Shown: positions 25,425-36,884, counted from the first letter of the whole stretch. The stretch: DNA of 62,727 bases, filler included, from Rhabdomonas costata (GCA_019059605.1; 46 parts of 46 records of this genome joined end to end with filler, not necessarily neighbours in it); one strand, 5' to 3'. Numbers and translations are program-made. The notes: generated from the sequence alone by a model not told the origin.

Positions 25425-27317
25425 TCTCTCAAGAGAGGAATGACAAGAGAGCCTCTCTCATGCACAGCGACACGCACAAAAGAAACAGTGATGGTAGTGA
25501 CGGAAACAACAATCTAATCGGAAAAGGGCACTGACCAATAGACGCTGTCCTGTCCCGTTCAATTGCATTCCTTCGTGACCCTTTTCCCTGGCACGCTTCG
25601 TTTCCACGCTTTATCGAAATCCCTTCACGCGCTCGACGATCGGAATCTCTACAAATGCTCAGCAAAGGAGCACACAACTTTACGGTCACCTGGTAATGTT
25701 TCATTTCATGTTTACTAATATCGAAAAAAGCTTCAAATTAACTTTTCCAAATGGCCAGCCCATCATTGGGGTGGTGTCTCCCTCCGGGTCGCTTTTTCAT
25801 CTTTTGGTGTCGCCAGAACTGAGCTAAAGGGCGAGAGTACCCTTACACCCCNNNNNNNNNNNNNNNNNNNNNNNNNNNNNNNNNNNNNNNNNNNNTTAAT
25901 TAATTAANNNNNNNNNNNNNNNNNNNNNNNNNNNNNNNNNNNNNNNNNNNNTGTTGTTTGTTTCCCTTTCATGAGCAAGGAACAACTCTCCTAAGAAAGA
26001 GGAGGAGGGGGAGAAGTTCCTCCTCTCGAGCTACTTCCACAGCGAGACCCCTGTGGTGTGCCAGATTCGCAGCGTAGAGAGAGCCAACCATCCTGAGGAG
26101 CGGGGAGAGAGAGTGCGTGGGTAAGAGGTGTGGCTCCACGGCGTTGGTGGTTTGAGAGGGGAGAATCCACAGCGTGCGTGGGTTGTGTGGAGAGCCCTGA
26201 ATAAGCTACTGAGTGCTTTCGAGTTTCCCTTTGAGAGGCTTGAATGAGTGCTAAAGTACTTCCCAGTGTTGCTCAGTCCAGAGTTGATAATGTCGCAACC
26301 ATCTGCTAGTAAGAGTAACAGTGGTTAGTGTATGCCAGCTGTAGAGATCCAGAGTTGTATGTTTTCATCCCCAATCAGAGATATGATGGTGTGTGAGTGT
26401 GAGTGTGTGTGTCGTGTTTCCAGAGCGTTTGTGGTGTGTTTCCACAGCTTTGAGTTCAATCCAGATGTGTGATGTTTGTGGTGTGTAGGGAGACTTTCCA
26501 CAGACTGCTGATGCGCCATATGGTGTGTCCTTCTCATCCACAGTTGGTGCAGATTCATGTCGTGTTTCACGAAAACGAGTGTTATAGATACACATACCAT
26601 ATACACGGGTGTAATGAGGAATCCACATCTACAGTGGAAAAGGTGCTTTAACATTTCTACAGGTGGACCTTTCGGGTTATCGGCCGTCGGCCGTCTGCTG
26701 GAGATGTCCTCCGTCCTAGAAGGTGAGGGTGTAACGGTCCAGATCACCCAGGTGTTCCACATCCAGAGACAAAGGAGAAAAGTCACATGCGTGGTACACA
26801 GACATTTTCCAGAGGTTTCCAGAGTGCCAATGGTCAGCTGATAAAGAAATCGAAGCTCAGCCCCTCTTGAGCCAGCTACTGGCCAGGCCCTGGGTCAGGC
26901 TATATATCAACCAGCTGGGCGAAAAGGCGAGCAGAGCATGGCCAGGTGATAGATGCAATAGACCAGCAGAGAGACAGTAGGGAATACACATGGAGAGGCA
27001 CAGAGCCAGGCCAATGGAATGAAGTCATCGATCATCAATGGAAATCAATGGATGGAAGTCATCAATGGAAGGATGTAGTAAGCACACGACACGACCGCAT
27101 TAGAAATCCACAGGGTGTGTTCCAGTGTTACGGATGAAGAAAGTTGCATTCTCAACTTTCTCCTGAGTTTTCACAGGTCAGGCAGATTTCAGAGTTCTTC
27201 CTAACTACCCACCAACCNNNNNNNNNNNNNNNNNNNNNNNNNNNNNNNNNNNNNNNNNNNNTTAATTAATTAANNNNNNNNNNNNNNNNNNNNNNNNNNN
27301 NNNNNNNNNNNNNNNNN

Positions 27318-27403
27318 CTGTACTCATTTCTATTTAGAAAGTACATTTTAGTATTTTCATCATCAAAATTCAATATTTGTTTACAGTGTTCACAACGATT
27401 CAT
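27318..27403 (-). CDS. 5' part of a small ORF with CxxC (MNRCEHCKQILNFDDENTKMYFLNRNEY...), truncated by the contig end
   Basis: The ATG at 27403 is divergent from the ATG at 27428. The frame is open to the contig edge in very AT-rich DNA. Confidence 0.6.
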
Positions 27404-27427
27404 TTATTATATACTGTTATAATATAA
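27404..27427. promoter_or_regulatory. 24-bp AT-rich quasi-palindromic divergent intergenic region (putative bidirectional promoter)
   Basis: CAT-TTATTATATACTGTTATAATATAA-ATG; both strands read ...TAAATG into a start codon. Confidence 0.45.
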
Positions 27428-27658
27428 ATGAACCTTGAACTAATATACGAAAATGAATTAGATGAAAATGAATTAGTAGAGCAAAGTACAAAACAAATAA
27501 CAGAACAAGACAAAAGATTAAAAGAGATTCTTGAAAAACTTTATGAAGTTGAACATAAAATAGACGATATTTTCAAAAATTTATGTGAAGTTGGTTCAAA
27601 AATTGGAAACATATATACAGTATTAAATGATATTGACAAATGTATTCAATTACGGTAA
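27428..27658 (+). CDS. Small acidic coiled-coil protein (76 aa), virus-like contig
   Basis: Intronless ORF in AT-rich DNA with a heptad pattern (LKEILEKLYEVEHKIDDIFKNL) and tight gene packing. Confidence 0.7.
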   Translation: MNLELIYENELDENELVEQSTKQITEQDKRLKEILEKLYEVEHKIDDIFKNLCEVGSKIGNIYTVLNDIDKCIQLR

Positions 27659-27682
27659 CAATAAATTTCTCAGTATATTATA

Positions 27683-27931
27683 ATGGACTACTACACAATG
27701 TCAGATTTAGTCGAAAACCTAAAAATAATGATTGCTTTTAAAGAGCAAGAAGCTATGAAATTACAATTAGAATCTAATAACGATCTAAACACAAACATTA
27801 AAGTGAATAACTTGTTTTATGAAATCAACGAACTTAAGACGCAACTTACATATCATGAGAACCTAATAGCTGATACAATGATGAGCAAATGCACAAATTG
27901 TTGTAATGGTTGTTGTTGGTGGAAGAATTAA
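27683..27931 (+). CDS. Small coiled-coil protein with a Cys-rich C-terminus (82 aa), virus-like contig
   Basis: Intronless ORF starting 24 nt after the previous stop; ends CTNCCNGCCWWKN. Confidence 0.7.
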   Translation: MDYYTMSDLVENLKIMIAFKEQEAMKLQLESNNDLNTNIKVNNLFYEINELKTQLTYHENLIADTMMSKCTNCCNGCCWWKN

Positions 27932-27958
27932 ATTATTTTAATATTGAATAATTTAATT
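27926..27958. terminator. AT-rich hairpin between convergent ORFs (putative 3'-end/polyadenylation signal)
   Basis: AATTAAATTATT (27926-37) pairs perfectly with AATAATTTAATT (27947-58) around a 9-nt loop, filling the space between the two stop codons. Confidence 0.5.
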
Positions 27959-28321
27959 TTAGTCTAGTATTTTATTTAATTCATCAAATTTTTTTATAAA
28001 TCTGCTCATTAGTGCTTCAATTTTATCTTTTAATACGGTGTATTCACCTTCATATTGTTCAAATCTTCTTACTGAATCAGATTTAATGTAATTACAACAT
28101 CGTTCGCAATAAAAATCAGATGTAGGGCGGCCTCTATAATTATAACCGAATATTTCGCTATCTTCTGATGCATTTTTATCTGAAAATATTTTGAATTCTT
28201 TATTATCTATCATATAAACTGATGAACAATGAAAACAGTATCTTACTTTACATGTCGTACAATAGAAACTATCGTTGATGTTAACACATTTATTACATAA
28301 CGGACAGTGAATTATAATCAT
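27959..28321 (-). CDS. Cys-rich zinc-finger-like protein (120 aa), virus-like contig
   Basis: Four CxxC pairs (CPLC, CTTC, CFHC, CERC) and a C-terminal helix; intronless. Confidence 0.75.
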   Translation of the reverse strand: MIIIHCPLCNKCVNINDSFYCTTCKVRYCFHCSSVYMIDNKEFKIFSDKNASEDSEIFGYNYRGRPTSDFYCERCCNYIKSDSVRRFEQYEGEYTVLKDKIEALMSRFIKKFDELNKILD

Positions 28322-28358
28322 TATAATAATACTATATTTTAATAATTTAAGTTTCTTC

Positions 28359-28580
28359 TTATTGAAGTGGAATAATAAATTCGGTTGAACATTTACAAAT
28401 ACCTAATGATACACCATCCGACGGCTCTATCTTTTGTTTTTTATTATTAATATACTCATTAACATTATGTTTTATGTCATCTAACTTGCGCATTGCATCA
28501 TATGCTATATCACGTTTTGTTTGGTGTATATAATCTTCAATATCTTTATCGTTTTTAATATTATCAAGATGAACATAAAG
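28359..28580 (-). CDS. 3' part of an ORF (LYVHLDNIKNDKDIEDYIHQ...ICKCSTEFIIPLQ*), virus-like contig
   Basis: 74 codons including the stop, open from the contig edge in AT-rich DNA, ending 37 nt before the next ATG. Confidence 0.65.
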   Translation of the reverse strand, partial: LYVHLDNIKNDKDIEDYIHQTKRDIAYDAMRKLDDIKHNVNEYINNKKQKIEPSDGVSLGICKCSTEFIIPLQ

Positions 28581-28699
28581 ANNNNNNNNNNNNNNNNNNN
28601 NNNNNNNNNNNNNNNNNNNNNNNNNTTAATTAATTAANNNNNNNNNNNNNNNNNNNNNNNNNNNNNNNNNNNNNNNNNNNNGGGTGGTGGTGGGTGGTA

Positions 28700-29055
28700 G
28701 GACCACTTACTTCGGCCCAAAACCTCGCCCTATTCGCTGGGTAACATCCGCCATGGTCACTCCCGACCAGAGACCTGACATTGACCTCAGAACTCGAGCT
28801 GGAGTGACAGGTTGGGGCTCATATTTGGTGGTGTGGTAGTACTCCTGAGATGAGTTGGTTGGCCGCTTCCCACCTTGGAATTGCTTGTGTACGCCGAGAT
28901 ATGAAACCTTCAAGGTCCCATTTTGGCCCTTTTCATGACATTTTCGACTGCGAAAAATTCAAGGTCCTGGAGGTGGGATGCACTTCACGGACATCTGCAG
29001 GCCTGCATACTGAGCCTAAGCTTTCGGCCGGGCCTGCTTAGCATAACTAAGGGTA
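28700..29055 (+). repeat. Dispersed repeat shared with 46546-46686
   Basis: 28700-28730 vs 46546-46576 match at 29/31 nt, and 29018-29055 vs 46649-46686 match at 35/38 nt, in the same order and orientation. Confidence 0.8.
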
Positions 29056-31434
29056 GGGCCCAGGAGCACTTCATGCTGGCACCGGAGTGGGCAGGAATGC
29101 TTCAATATAGAGCCACGCTTGAGGCCATTTCAGGGCTATTTTGGGGTGTTTGGGTGCCCTTTCTGCCTTTAAACACGCTTGGAAGGACCTTTTTTTTTTC
29201 GCTTTGCACTGACTTAACATCGGGCTTGGGCTTTGATAAGAGAAAGAACTGTAGGCTGGCACACCTTCTGCCCACCTGCACGCCGGTGTGCCAGCAACGA
29301 TTTATTCTTTGCTCAATAGTATTACCCCCTTCACATTAAACCCTAAACCCATCCAATGTCCATCCAATTACAAACCTGGGAAAAGTCAATGCAGAAAAGC
29401 TCACATGGTGAAGAAGAGTCATATCTATTCTTCTTCCTTTTCACTTTCCACCTTTTTCGAAGTTGCTCAACAAACGGACGCTTTTCACTTGTAAAGTGAA
29501 GTGGATAATAATTGCAGGGGTTGGAGGGCGATGCAGTTGTCCTCAAGGGCTCCGACGGAAGGTTTTCAGGTGGTTAAAGGGCCGCACTTGTGACCTCTGG
29601 TGGTTTTCATGGGGGGGGATGTCCTTGCCCCGACAAAAACAGCAAATATCAACCATGAACTCTTGAACCATCCCACACTAGTTATTGATCAGAGAAAGGC
29701 CATTCACATCAGAGCGGGTTTTTCTGAGCAGACAAGCTGGAAAGGGCACATTAAAATGAGCAAAAAGCCCAGGTGGGGCCGACCTGGTCACACGTGTCGG
29801 CGTGCTTGGCGCAGTAGTACGGATTCCCGCTGAGCAAGGGGCAGCTCTGGGAGCAATCCGCTCCCCAGTACCCGGCAACGCAGGTGCACACTCCCGTGCC
29901 TGAGAAGACCCACACAAACGTGCTCTGCACTGCACTGACACAAAACCNNNNNNNNNNNNNNNNNNNNNNNNNNNNNNNNNNNNNNNNNNNNTTAATTAAT
30001 TAANNNNNNNNNNNNNNNNNNNNNNNNNNNNNNNNNNNNNNNNNNNNGGGGTGGGGTGACTCTCAATCCGTGATTTTCTTGGGAAACTTCTGTTTAATCT
30101 CGAGCGAAACGACAGTCGCCAATCGCCTGTGCCATTTTAGAGTTTTGGGGAAGGGCCACCGTTTATGGTCGTCTATGCACGAAAGATTTGATAGGTGAGA
30201 AATGAAATGAGTGCAAACCGTTTATTACCGTTGTTACAGCCGACGTTGGGTGTTGTCGCAGTGTATCTTGGGGGTTGAAAATCACATTTTGGGAGATTTG
30301 AAATCCATTGAACCACTCCTCCAATCTCAGCGAACCCCGACCTCTGTTTTTCCAAAGGTGTCTTTCATCCCACCAACGATATGCTGGCAAACCCCCAGCT
30401 TATCCCCCGGTGGCAAACCGTGGGATGGTGGCTGAAGGCCGTTGAGGCCAACAAGGAGCTACGATGGATGTGCGAGCAGGTCCTGATCTTGCCGTGACCT
30501 TCTCTACCACTAAATAGAACCACAGACAGACTTCGAACGTCTGTGCTTTCGTTTGTGAATGTGGTTCAGTCTCGTGGTTTTCAGGACAAGAAAAACTGAA
30601 ACACCTGCGCCCAAACACGATGGAGAGATATCGGGGAATCGGGGAATCGGATATGGGGGAATATCGGGGAATGAAAACAAAAGAATTACCCTCTGCGTCT
30701 CTTATGCGAGCCTAGTAAACCAGCGAAGGAGTAGCCGTAGCGTCATCACCCTGCGACGCCATTAACCGAGCATGGGGTAGTGGCTATCTTCGCGATAGCG
30801 AGGCATTGGACTGGGAGTACGATGCCGAGCCTGGTAACACATTTTGGGCCCCAAGACCAGGAGGGCAAGGCCGAGTGGGCATAGGGGAGTTCAACAGCTA
30901 GGTATCACACAAAACCGCCAAAAACGCAAAACGTTCGAAGAACAAAAGGTGAGAATTTGTGTAAGGGACCCACATACCACACAACCGCCTGTTCCTAAAA
31001 GTGAAGAAATCCCCTGGTGGTAAACATGCCGTGGGATATCCGAGGGGAATTGAAGAAAGAGAACTGCGGGTCCTTGGGGCCCCTTGGGGCCCCGGTCGTA
31101 TGCTGCGCGGGTTCACGCAGTGAGACCATGAGCGGGGTAGAATTTGTGATTTGGAGCTCGAGACTGAGTGGCGACCTGAGAGAGAAGCGTTAGTGTCAAG
31201 AACCTGGGGTCCCTAGAATGGGAGCATATAATCCAGGCATGGAGTGAGGGCATGACGTAGAGGGTAAGCCTCACCTCACATCACCCCTCTCATGCAGGGC
31301 CTACCACAAAAAANNNNNNNNNNNNNNNNNNNNNNNNNNNNNNNNNNNNNNNNNNNNTTAATTAATTAANNNNNNNNNNNNNNNNNNNNNNNNNNNNNNN
31401 NNNNNNNNNNNNNTAGTCTTTTATGCTACATACT

Positions 31435-31860
31435 ACGTGATCAACAGAAAGGAGGGGAGGAGCGCAGCGACGACGTTAAGGGGCGTTCGTGGGGATAGTA
31501 GGACGAAGGAGCGTAGTGACTGAGGACGTAAAGGTAACATGTCGGCCTTCGGCCTCCCAACGTAATGGAAGCATGCGAGGTACCGAGCATGCGACCATGA
31601 GCCAAGGAGGAACGTACCGACGTCAGTCGGGGGAGTGACGACGTAACATCAACCAAGGAGCTTGCGTAACCGGGCAGCGGTGGAGCATGCGACCCAAGAA
31701 TAGAGGAAGGATTCGAAGACCTGAGAATCCTGACGTCTATCTTCTTTCTTCTTCTAAAGTAGTGAACATGAGGACATTGAGCGTAGCGAAAGGACGAATG
31801 TGAACCATACAACGTGATCAATAGAAAGTGGAGGAGGAGCTTAGCGACGACATCTTGGGG
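31435..31860 (+). repeat. Diverged repeat family, shared in inverted orientation with 34565-34795
   Basis: Identical 24-mer AGCATGCGAGGTACCGAGCATGCG (31570-93; reverse complement at 34618-41). A second shared block lies at 31703-37 / 34738-72. An internal direct repeat recurs at 31435 and 31812. Confidence 0.8.
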
Positions 31861-32848
31861 GCCCCATGACTCACGAGAGCATCGAGTGAGGCATGGGGTA
31901 TCAGTCATCATCACTCTTCATACACTGGAGGGATGGCCGTAACGTAGTGAAGGGCATCCCGACTAGCATCATACCTGTCACTTCGCACTCTCGGTCCCTT
32001 GAGTGCTCCGTCCGGGCGTAGCCACAGCGAATACCATGAGAGGTTACGCTTTCACTCTCTCTAGGGGTCACGAAGCATGGGTGCGTCAGCGAGCCATGCG
32101 TAGTAGTGTAGGATGAAAGGCACCTGCGGTAGGAACGTAAGAGGGTAAGAGGCATCATCTTAGCATATTCTCTTCTCTTCTTCTCTTCTCTCCCCCTGAG
32201 TCATGCTTGAGTTACTGCATTCTTCACTCACAGTCATGCTGATACTGGTACACTTACGCTCTAACTCACCACTGCACTCACCACTGCACTCACCACTAGC
32301 ATCCAACATCCACCACCAAAATCCACCCAACAGCCCCCAAAACCCTACTACCTCAGAAGCGCTAAGAATACAAACACACCATGCACTCAACATGCAATGC
32401 CACCACCACGAACCCCACGAACCCCACGAAGCCCAACCCCACACTCTGACACAGCAAGCACTAACACAGCGTAACACACCAAGCACACCATAAGCAATGA
32501 CGTGAACCCCTCAACGTCACACACCCTCCAGCCATGAACCCACTGACACCATCATGCACCACCACAACGCTAACACTAACGCCCCTCAGACCACCATCAC
32601 CCCAACAGCCAACATCACCAGCAACAACAAGCACAACGACAACACTACAGACAGAGAGCGTGACACAAGCACACAACACNNNNNNNNNNNNNNNNNNNNN
32701 NNNNNNNNNNNNNNNNNNNNNNNTTAATTAATTAANNNNNNNNNNNNNNNNNNNNNNNNNNNNNNNNNNNNNNNNNNNNTTATGCCATTGTGCCCGGATG
32801 AAGTCGATCCGTCAACAGTATGGCCTGCAGTATTTCACAGCCAGGAAC

Positions 32849-33726
32849 CTGCGGGGGCAGCGCTGAGGGGTCAAACTTCAGCTGTGCGAAGTAGAAAGGG
32901 CTAGTCCTATAGGCCATGGCGAATTGCTCCGCGGTTCTCGGAACGGAGGGGTTGGACAAGGCTTCGGGGGACAGGAAACGGATCCCTTCGTCAGTGGGGA
33001 CCTGCGGAGGTTCACGGCACAGTGCACACCGAAGCCTGGTGAAACAAAAACCACGGGCTAAGAACTGATACTCGACCCGTGAACAGCAAAATGAAGAAAG
33101 CCAGGTGCTATCTTTTTTGGGCAACCAGTGACCAGAAGTGCTGGCACTCTTCTTCCTTTTCGAGCAATTGTTCGAGAATGAGAGAAAGCTTAAAATCGAC
33201 AGAGGAGAGAGTGCGCCCAGGTATATGGCGGTTATTGTACCCCCTTGCTGCAGGACAGCGTACGACATAAGAAACCCTCGCATGGGTCCTGCACATATGG
33301 TGCGAGAAAATCTATCGATCAAAAGATAAATTTCCGATAACAAAATGACTCCGAAGAAATTCATTCGGGGAACATTGTGCCCTTCTGCAAAAGGGAAACA
33401 TTTTGTCATGGTTCCTCTCCCTATAGCAAGGCGTACAATGGACAAAACAGGGGTGCAAAGGCGTAGTCTGTAAGAGAGAGAGTGTTGAGGAGAAACGTCC
33501 GAAAAGGGAAAGCCATTGTCGAAGAGAGACAAACAAGAGGAAACATTTCACCACAACCAACTATGGAGGAGGTAAATATGGTTGCTGTGAGATAGGGGAG
33601 GGGAGGGAGAACATGGACAACCAGCTGCAGAAAGTAGCCCTCGTCCGTGCACTTGGGAATTCGGTACCCCAGGCTGCCAAAGTAGGGGACGGCCTCTTTG
33701 GCAGGCCCTTGGTACACAATGTGCCC
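32849..33726 (-). CDS. ABCG/PDR-family ABC transporter, exons 33622-33726 and 32849-33001
   Basis: GHIVYQGPAKEAVPYFGSLGYRIPKCTDEGYFLQL|VPT...VPRTAEQFAMAYRTSPFY is the post-NBD linker typical of ABCG/PDR. Phase-0 GT-AG intron. Confidence 0.85.
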
Positions 33727-34564
33727 CTGAAAGATAGGGGGCACTCGTCGGGGGGCGGGATTTGAGAAGGGTCGGAACATGCATTCAGCGAATCGAGCCA
33801 CACACCGCAACACTTCAGACCCTCGTTCAGACGCTTCAGAAACTCCACTGTGGAGGGACGAAGGGAGGAAGTGTGAGCGTGGGTAGGAAACAATCGGCTG
33901 AGGGGATGCCTGCACGTCTCCACGCATGCGTATGTGGAAACAAGCAAACAAAGAGGTCACATTGTCTGCAAAACACAACCTGTACATCACAGAATCACTT
34001 CGTTCCCACCCGCGAGAAGGTTTCAGTCCCAGTTCCACAAACACANNNNNNNNNNNNNNNNNNNNNNNNNNNNNNNNNNNNNNNNNNNNTTAATTAATTA
34101 ANNNNNNNNNNNNNNNNNNNNNNNNNNNNNNNNNNNNNNNNNNNNGGTTGGTGTGTGTATGGTATCGGACCCACACCTTGGTAACCAGTAACCCACCTCC
34201 AACGTTAGCATGGAAGGGTGACTCAGGGTGAAAACTACGCCTCGATGCAAGTGGATGTCGAGAGTGCTGAGTACGAAGCTGAGATGCCCAACCTCTACCG
34301 TTGAGAGAAGGTGAAAGGTGCAGACCGAACCCTCAACCTCAACGTCAACGAAAGCTAAACCGTAGTGGTGTATTCCTCTACGGCTACGCCAAGGACGGAG
34401 TGACCGAAAGCGCCTTAGGGCGGTGGAGGGAGCGAAGTGACGCGTATGGTGAAGTGTTGATGGAGTGACCGTAACCACCTTATGGTGGTGGAGGGAACGA
34501 GTGGAGGGTGAGGAAGGGGCTCGAGGAACCGAGAGACCCGACGGTGGGGATACAATCATGATCT

Positions 34565-34795
34565 GTCAGTCGTCACTCCCCGCTAGCACGGGTCGTTCCT
34601 CCTTCCACTTCCTACTCCGCATGCTCGGTACCTCGCATGCTGCGTGTTGGCTGTCGGTCAGTCGATGCTGCGTATCTCCTTTCCTCTGCGTTGTTCACTC
34701 GCTTCACCGATACGCGCTTACGCTCGTTCACCTTTCTGACGTCAGCATTCTCAGTGCTTCGAATTCTTCCTCAGTATGAATGATGGTCGCATGGT
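34565..34795 (-). repeat. Second copy of the repeat family seen at 31435-31860
   Basis: The reverse complement contains GAGGAAGAATTCGAAGCACTGAGAATGCTGACGTC, the 24-mer, AAGGAGGAACG and GGGGAGTGACGAC. Confidence 0.8.
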
Positions 34796-36884
34796 CACTG
34801 CGCTCCTGTCATGAATGCTGATACCCAACACCCACAGATCCGGAGTGACATTGTCGCCATGAATTCCAAGGACGACGCGAGGGTGTGTGTCCCTAGCTTT
34901 GCTTCCCGCTCTTTTTCTCACACCCCACACCAAATTCACAAGGACCGGGACGGTATTTAGGGGTCTTGAAGTTCTTTGGACCTGCCCTCTCTGAAAAGCG
35001 GGACGGGGCGGCCGGAGCGAATGAAATCATCAAAAGCGCAGAATGCATCCGGAACTTTCCAGATGGGATTACCCCGAATCAATATTCGATTACCCGGAAT
35101 CAGTATTCTCCACCCCTCCACGACGAGATTCAGAGGCAGTGTACATTCCCTTGGCATCCGAGCCACAAGTCGGCCCATTTCCCTTCACTTCGTCATTCTT
35201 CCGCGGGTTGCGAAGCCATTATTGGAGCGGCCTGGTTCAAGAGCACGTGAACCTGCCCAGTGAACTAGCTCTTTTTGGCTGAGAGTGGACCGTATTTTAA
35301 GCCTGAGCGCGATGAGAGTTCTCGTCATGGGAACCGGTACGTCGGGTCGTCTGTGGTTGCTGCTGCCTGTGTGGTCAGGAGATCACCGAGCCCTTGGCCT
35401 ACACCAACCACNNNNNNNNNNNNNNNNNNNNNNNNNNNNNNNNNNNNNNNNNNNNTTAATTAATTAANNNNNNNNNNNNNNNNNNNNNNNNNNNNNNNNN
35501 NNNNNNNNNNNTGTTGTTGGACTCTGCCATGAGCTTGTTAGCTGGAACTTTCTTCAAGACATGTCTTCCAGTCATCCTGGAGATTTTTTGCCTAGCATCG
35601 ATGGACGTCTCGAGCGTCCGAAACGCTTGGTTGATCCACGTTCATGAAAACCGCTTCCAGGGCTTTTGGGAATGGCTTTGCGGTTTGCCCGGCTCGCACT
35701 GTGGCGTCTGGAAGCCGATATGACCTTCTCGGAAGGTCTGTTTTTGACCCGGTTATGCGCTTTCTCGTGCTATATTTCAACCCAGCTCCATGAAGGAAAC
35801 ATAAACCTTTCTGACACGTGGAGGTTGGTATTCCTTGAAGGAAGTGGAGTCGGCTGTGAAACTTAGTCCCTGTTTCGATGTTTTTGTGCTGTGATGGACA
35901 CGTTCTTGATGCACACCCCCTTCGGGTTTCGGTCGCTTGCCCATCTGACAGGGCCTTTTTGGATATACTCTTCCTGTTTGCTTGGATTAGTTGCCCCCCC
36001 CCTCCGCACACACAGACATATACACCCACTTCAATTTCGGAGCAATGGCAGCTCCCAAACAGTCTGGCGCCCCTCAAAGCAGCGCTGCAAGCGATTTCAG
36101 CAGTTCCTTTACGCCCACCACCGTCAGCGGGGCAACCCGAAGTGAGTGACCACCCTTCCCCTGCATTTTTGTTTGAGCGTAAGCTTCGAAAAAATAAGCT
36201 TTGCCTTATAATCTCTCATATTCATCCTTTTTTGTGGTTCAGAAACCAGAATCCCCCGCCGAGGCATTTTTGACATCGGACACTTTGCGCCAGGTTTCAC
36301 ATGTTCAATTATACCAAAATATGCTCTTTTTGATTGCTTAAAGGTACTCCTTGACCTGTGCGAAAAATTACTTCTTAAAAGCTCTTGCTTGTGGATAATG
36401 TCCCATCACTTCTTTTCAGTTTGAATTAGAGATTTCGCTGGCGTTTCCAGCATTGGCTGCTGGCTGGGCGGTAAGTTGCACTACTGTTACCTTCAACCCC
36501 ACCCCACCCACACACTCCCCGCTCTCTTCTGTATTTAGGCCTGGCATCTGGCCTGAGCTGCCCGTCAAAGCTCAGCCAGCTGAGTAAGCCCCTGCCTCCC
36601 TCAGAGGCCCCGACGCAGCCCCCTGCCTCCTCTGTGGCGTCCCACAAGAGTAAATCCACCGGTGATTGGCGTGTGCGCATGGGTTTTGTCTTATATGGGA
36701 AATGGGTATGATCCTTTTTGGGAATGTGGCGGGTCTTTTTTATGTTGAAGCTCAAAATAAAAAAGACCCCCCACAACNNNNNNNNNNNNNNNNNNNNNNN
36801 NNNNNNNNNNNNNNNNNNNNNTTAATTAATTAANNNNNNNNNNNNNNNNNNNNNNNNNNNNNNNNNNNNNNNNNNNNTTTGTTT

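Noticed and set aside
32160-32679. His/Pro/Thr-rich ORFs with short tandem units (CACTGCACTCAC, CACGAACCC)
   Set aside because: Low-complexity C/A-skewed DNA lacks stops by composition; there is no independent coding evidence.
32780-33532. 250-aa ORF
   Set aside because: Only 32849-33001 is a real ABCG exon; the rest is intron read-through.
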